Below the pieces are notes generated by a model that saw only the letters and a program-made list of their open reading frames with translations, made no database searches and had not been told where the DNA came from. From Chrysomallon squamiferum (lineage: Eukaryota > Animalia > Mollusca): a stretch of 64,000 bases of DNA. The stretch's first letter is position 1, and each line of letters begins with the position of its first letter. Shown in pieces: positions 61,700 to 64,000 of this stretch. Made by a program: the position numbers and the translations under genes. Location of the stretch: the NCBI GenBank assembly GCA_012295275.1, contig CM022668.1, positions 13,020,001 through 13,084,000 on the forward strand. Reading direction: 5' to 3'.

Positions 61700-62030
61700 G
61701 CTAATAGAAATGTGCAACAACAAAAGCTCCCCCTGGCTTTGTCGGAGAACACAACTGTCGCAGACGCGCTTCACAAGAGCGCGTTAGTTTTTATTTATTT
61801 ATTTTTTTATTTTTTTTTGTTTCTGCAGAAATCTGCAAAAACAAAAGCGCCACCTGGCTTTCTCACAGAGCGCGACTGTTGCAGGTGTGTTTCACAACAA
61901 CTTGCTGTCCTCAGCCGGTTAATTTGTTTTCTGCTAACAGACATCTGCAAAAACAAAAAACAAAAAAAGCGCCCCCTGGTTTTCTCAGAGGGGGCGACTG
62001 TTGCAAATGTGTTTCACAACAACTAGCTCT
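61700..62030. repeat. Three copies of a ~122-bp repeat with a GC-rich core
   Basis: AAAAGCGCC(C/A)CCTGG..TTCTCA.AG.G.GCGACTGTTGCA..TGTGTTTCACAAC-like units at ~61722, ~61842, ~61965. Confidence 0.85.
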
Positions 62031-62210
62031 GATTTGCACAATAATTCGTGCATTTCAGTTCAGTTTAGCTAGCTAATAGATAAAATCCCGATAATTTCAT
62101 TTCATGATCATAATTTGTCACAAATAAAGTAAAACTGACATTACTGTGTTATAAAACTATAAAGACCATTTTATTATTTTGTTTTTGTAAGATAATTGGT
62201 TTTATCATAA

Positions 62211-62249
<39 letters not shown>

Positions 62250-63632
62250 TTAATTGTTAATTTAATTCTGTAATAAAAATGAAGCTATTTAACATTATTT
62301 ATCTTCCTGTTGTTATTATTTTATTACAATTCTGTATGTTACTTACATAACATAAAAATGAAGCTTTAATATTACTATAAAAATTTATTATCAGCACAGG
62401 TTGGCTGTAATTAAGAGATAATATTGTTATTATTATTACAATTTTATTATTATTATTATTAACATTCTTCTTCTTCTTGTTATTATTTACACATTTTATC
62501 TGCAACATTAAAAAATAATTTTTTTAATTTATTTTTTATTTTTAGCAGCTTTAGAGTATTTTAATATTGCAGTAAAAATTTATTATCAGCAAAACTTGGA
62601 AGATAATCAGATCAAAATATCACGTTAAAACAAACAAATATGTTTATTGTGTGTAAGAAATGATTAAATATTAATCAGAATTTCATTTACAGGGTAATTT
62701 TGAAAATTCAAAATGCAACGTTCACTTTCAGTTAGTACTCAGGTATATTATTTGTTAATGATGGAAACTTTGGATGTGATGTTGTAAAACAAACTCATTA
62801 ATGATGTACAGAAACAAAAATGGATTCAGTTAAGATTGTTGACTGCCAAGAATGTGTTGAAGCTGGAGTTGATGTTGATGTAAATTTTGACAAAACCCCC
62901 AAATAAGTACTTCCTATAAATATTTAAGTCTAATTTGAGTCCAAGTAGGGCTTCGAAAAGAAGCCTACACATTGATAAGGTATTGGAAGTAGAAACTGTT
63001 TGGTAACTAACTACAAGATAGAAAGAAATTAATTAAGATAAGAAATGAAAATAACAATGTATAAGTATATGTGTTTGAGTGTCTGTGTGTATATAGAAGG
63101 AAGCCCCAGATTAAATGACACACACACATACATAGAAAATATTATCAAAATATTTATATCTTCCTAATACAAATTCACGTAAGTTTATGTATTATCTACT
63201 GATTACTTCCATGTTTATGATTTTTATTACTTCAGGATTATCTGACTCAAAACATCTGAAATATCAAGAAAGAGTCTAAAATATATTCTACATATATTTG
63301 TTTTATATTTGAACTTAGCAATATTAGCAAAAAAAGAGAACAGTTAAAAAAAATATCCCAATGCAACCATTTTTCTTTAATCATTAAAAAATGAAATACC
63401 TAAATTTATTCTGCATATATCCAAAATGTTAATTTTTGCGAAAAAAAGGTGTTTCTGTTATAACAACATTATTAATCAAGAAATGAGTAGTTACAAAATA
63501 TCTGGCAGAAACTGTTTTTTTCTTTTTCTGTAGTTATTAGTGAGCGATACAATGAAATAGTGAATATTAATTCTAAATACTTCCAAAATATATTATTTTT
63601 TTATTTTTATTTATTTATTTATTATGATTATG

Positions 63633-63695
<63 letters not shown>

Positions 63696-64000
63696 AAAAT
63701 AATTAAAAATTAAAAAGAACAACAATTAAAAAACAATAACAAAATAAAATAATTTATTTTTCAATATTGACCATAACTAGAAGTAGAAGGAATTTCTCTT
63801 GAAAATTTAAGGTTTAATATTTACATTCCATAAACACAGATGGAATCATTTAACATTAACAATATCTAGACTGATAAATAACTATCTTATCTATTTTAAC
63901 GGGTTTGAAATAAGCACACGTCCCCTATTTGGAATGGGCAAAAAGATGTTATTCGGAGTTAGCCTAGTAGCTGAATATCAGATACAGAAAATTTGTTCTT

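Overview
AT-rich, microsatellite-dense animal genomic DNA with spliceosomal introns; an invertebrate, possibly a gastropod, is my inference only. The ORF track is mostly simple-repeat noise, so genes were rebuilt by hand from splice sites and exon phases. (1) Plus strand 827-20769: 22 coding exons (870 aa, 5' end outside the window) of an oxysterol-binding protein of the ORP3/6/7 subfamily (PH domain, FFAT-like motif, ORD). (2) Minus strand: two tandem paralogs of the PLP/Zn-dependent D-serine dehydratase (DSD1, fold-type III) family. Copy A (27816-40987) has a fully intact ORF but lacks the PLP Schiff-base lysine (RPHVRCHR instead of RPHxKTHK) and the Zn-ligand cysteine (HAG instead of HxC), so it is a candidate pseudoenzyme. 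Copy B (54942-60743) keeps both residues but has a 1-nt deletion in exon 1 as assembled, an extra intron and a GC donor. Second theme: tandem arrays built from exon-intron junctions. One OSBP intron holds 24 decoy copies of the next 3' splice site plus the first exon codons; only the last, real copy has a TACTAAC branch point, and use of any decoy would truncate the protein.
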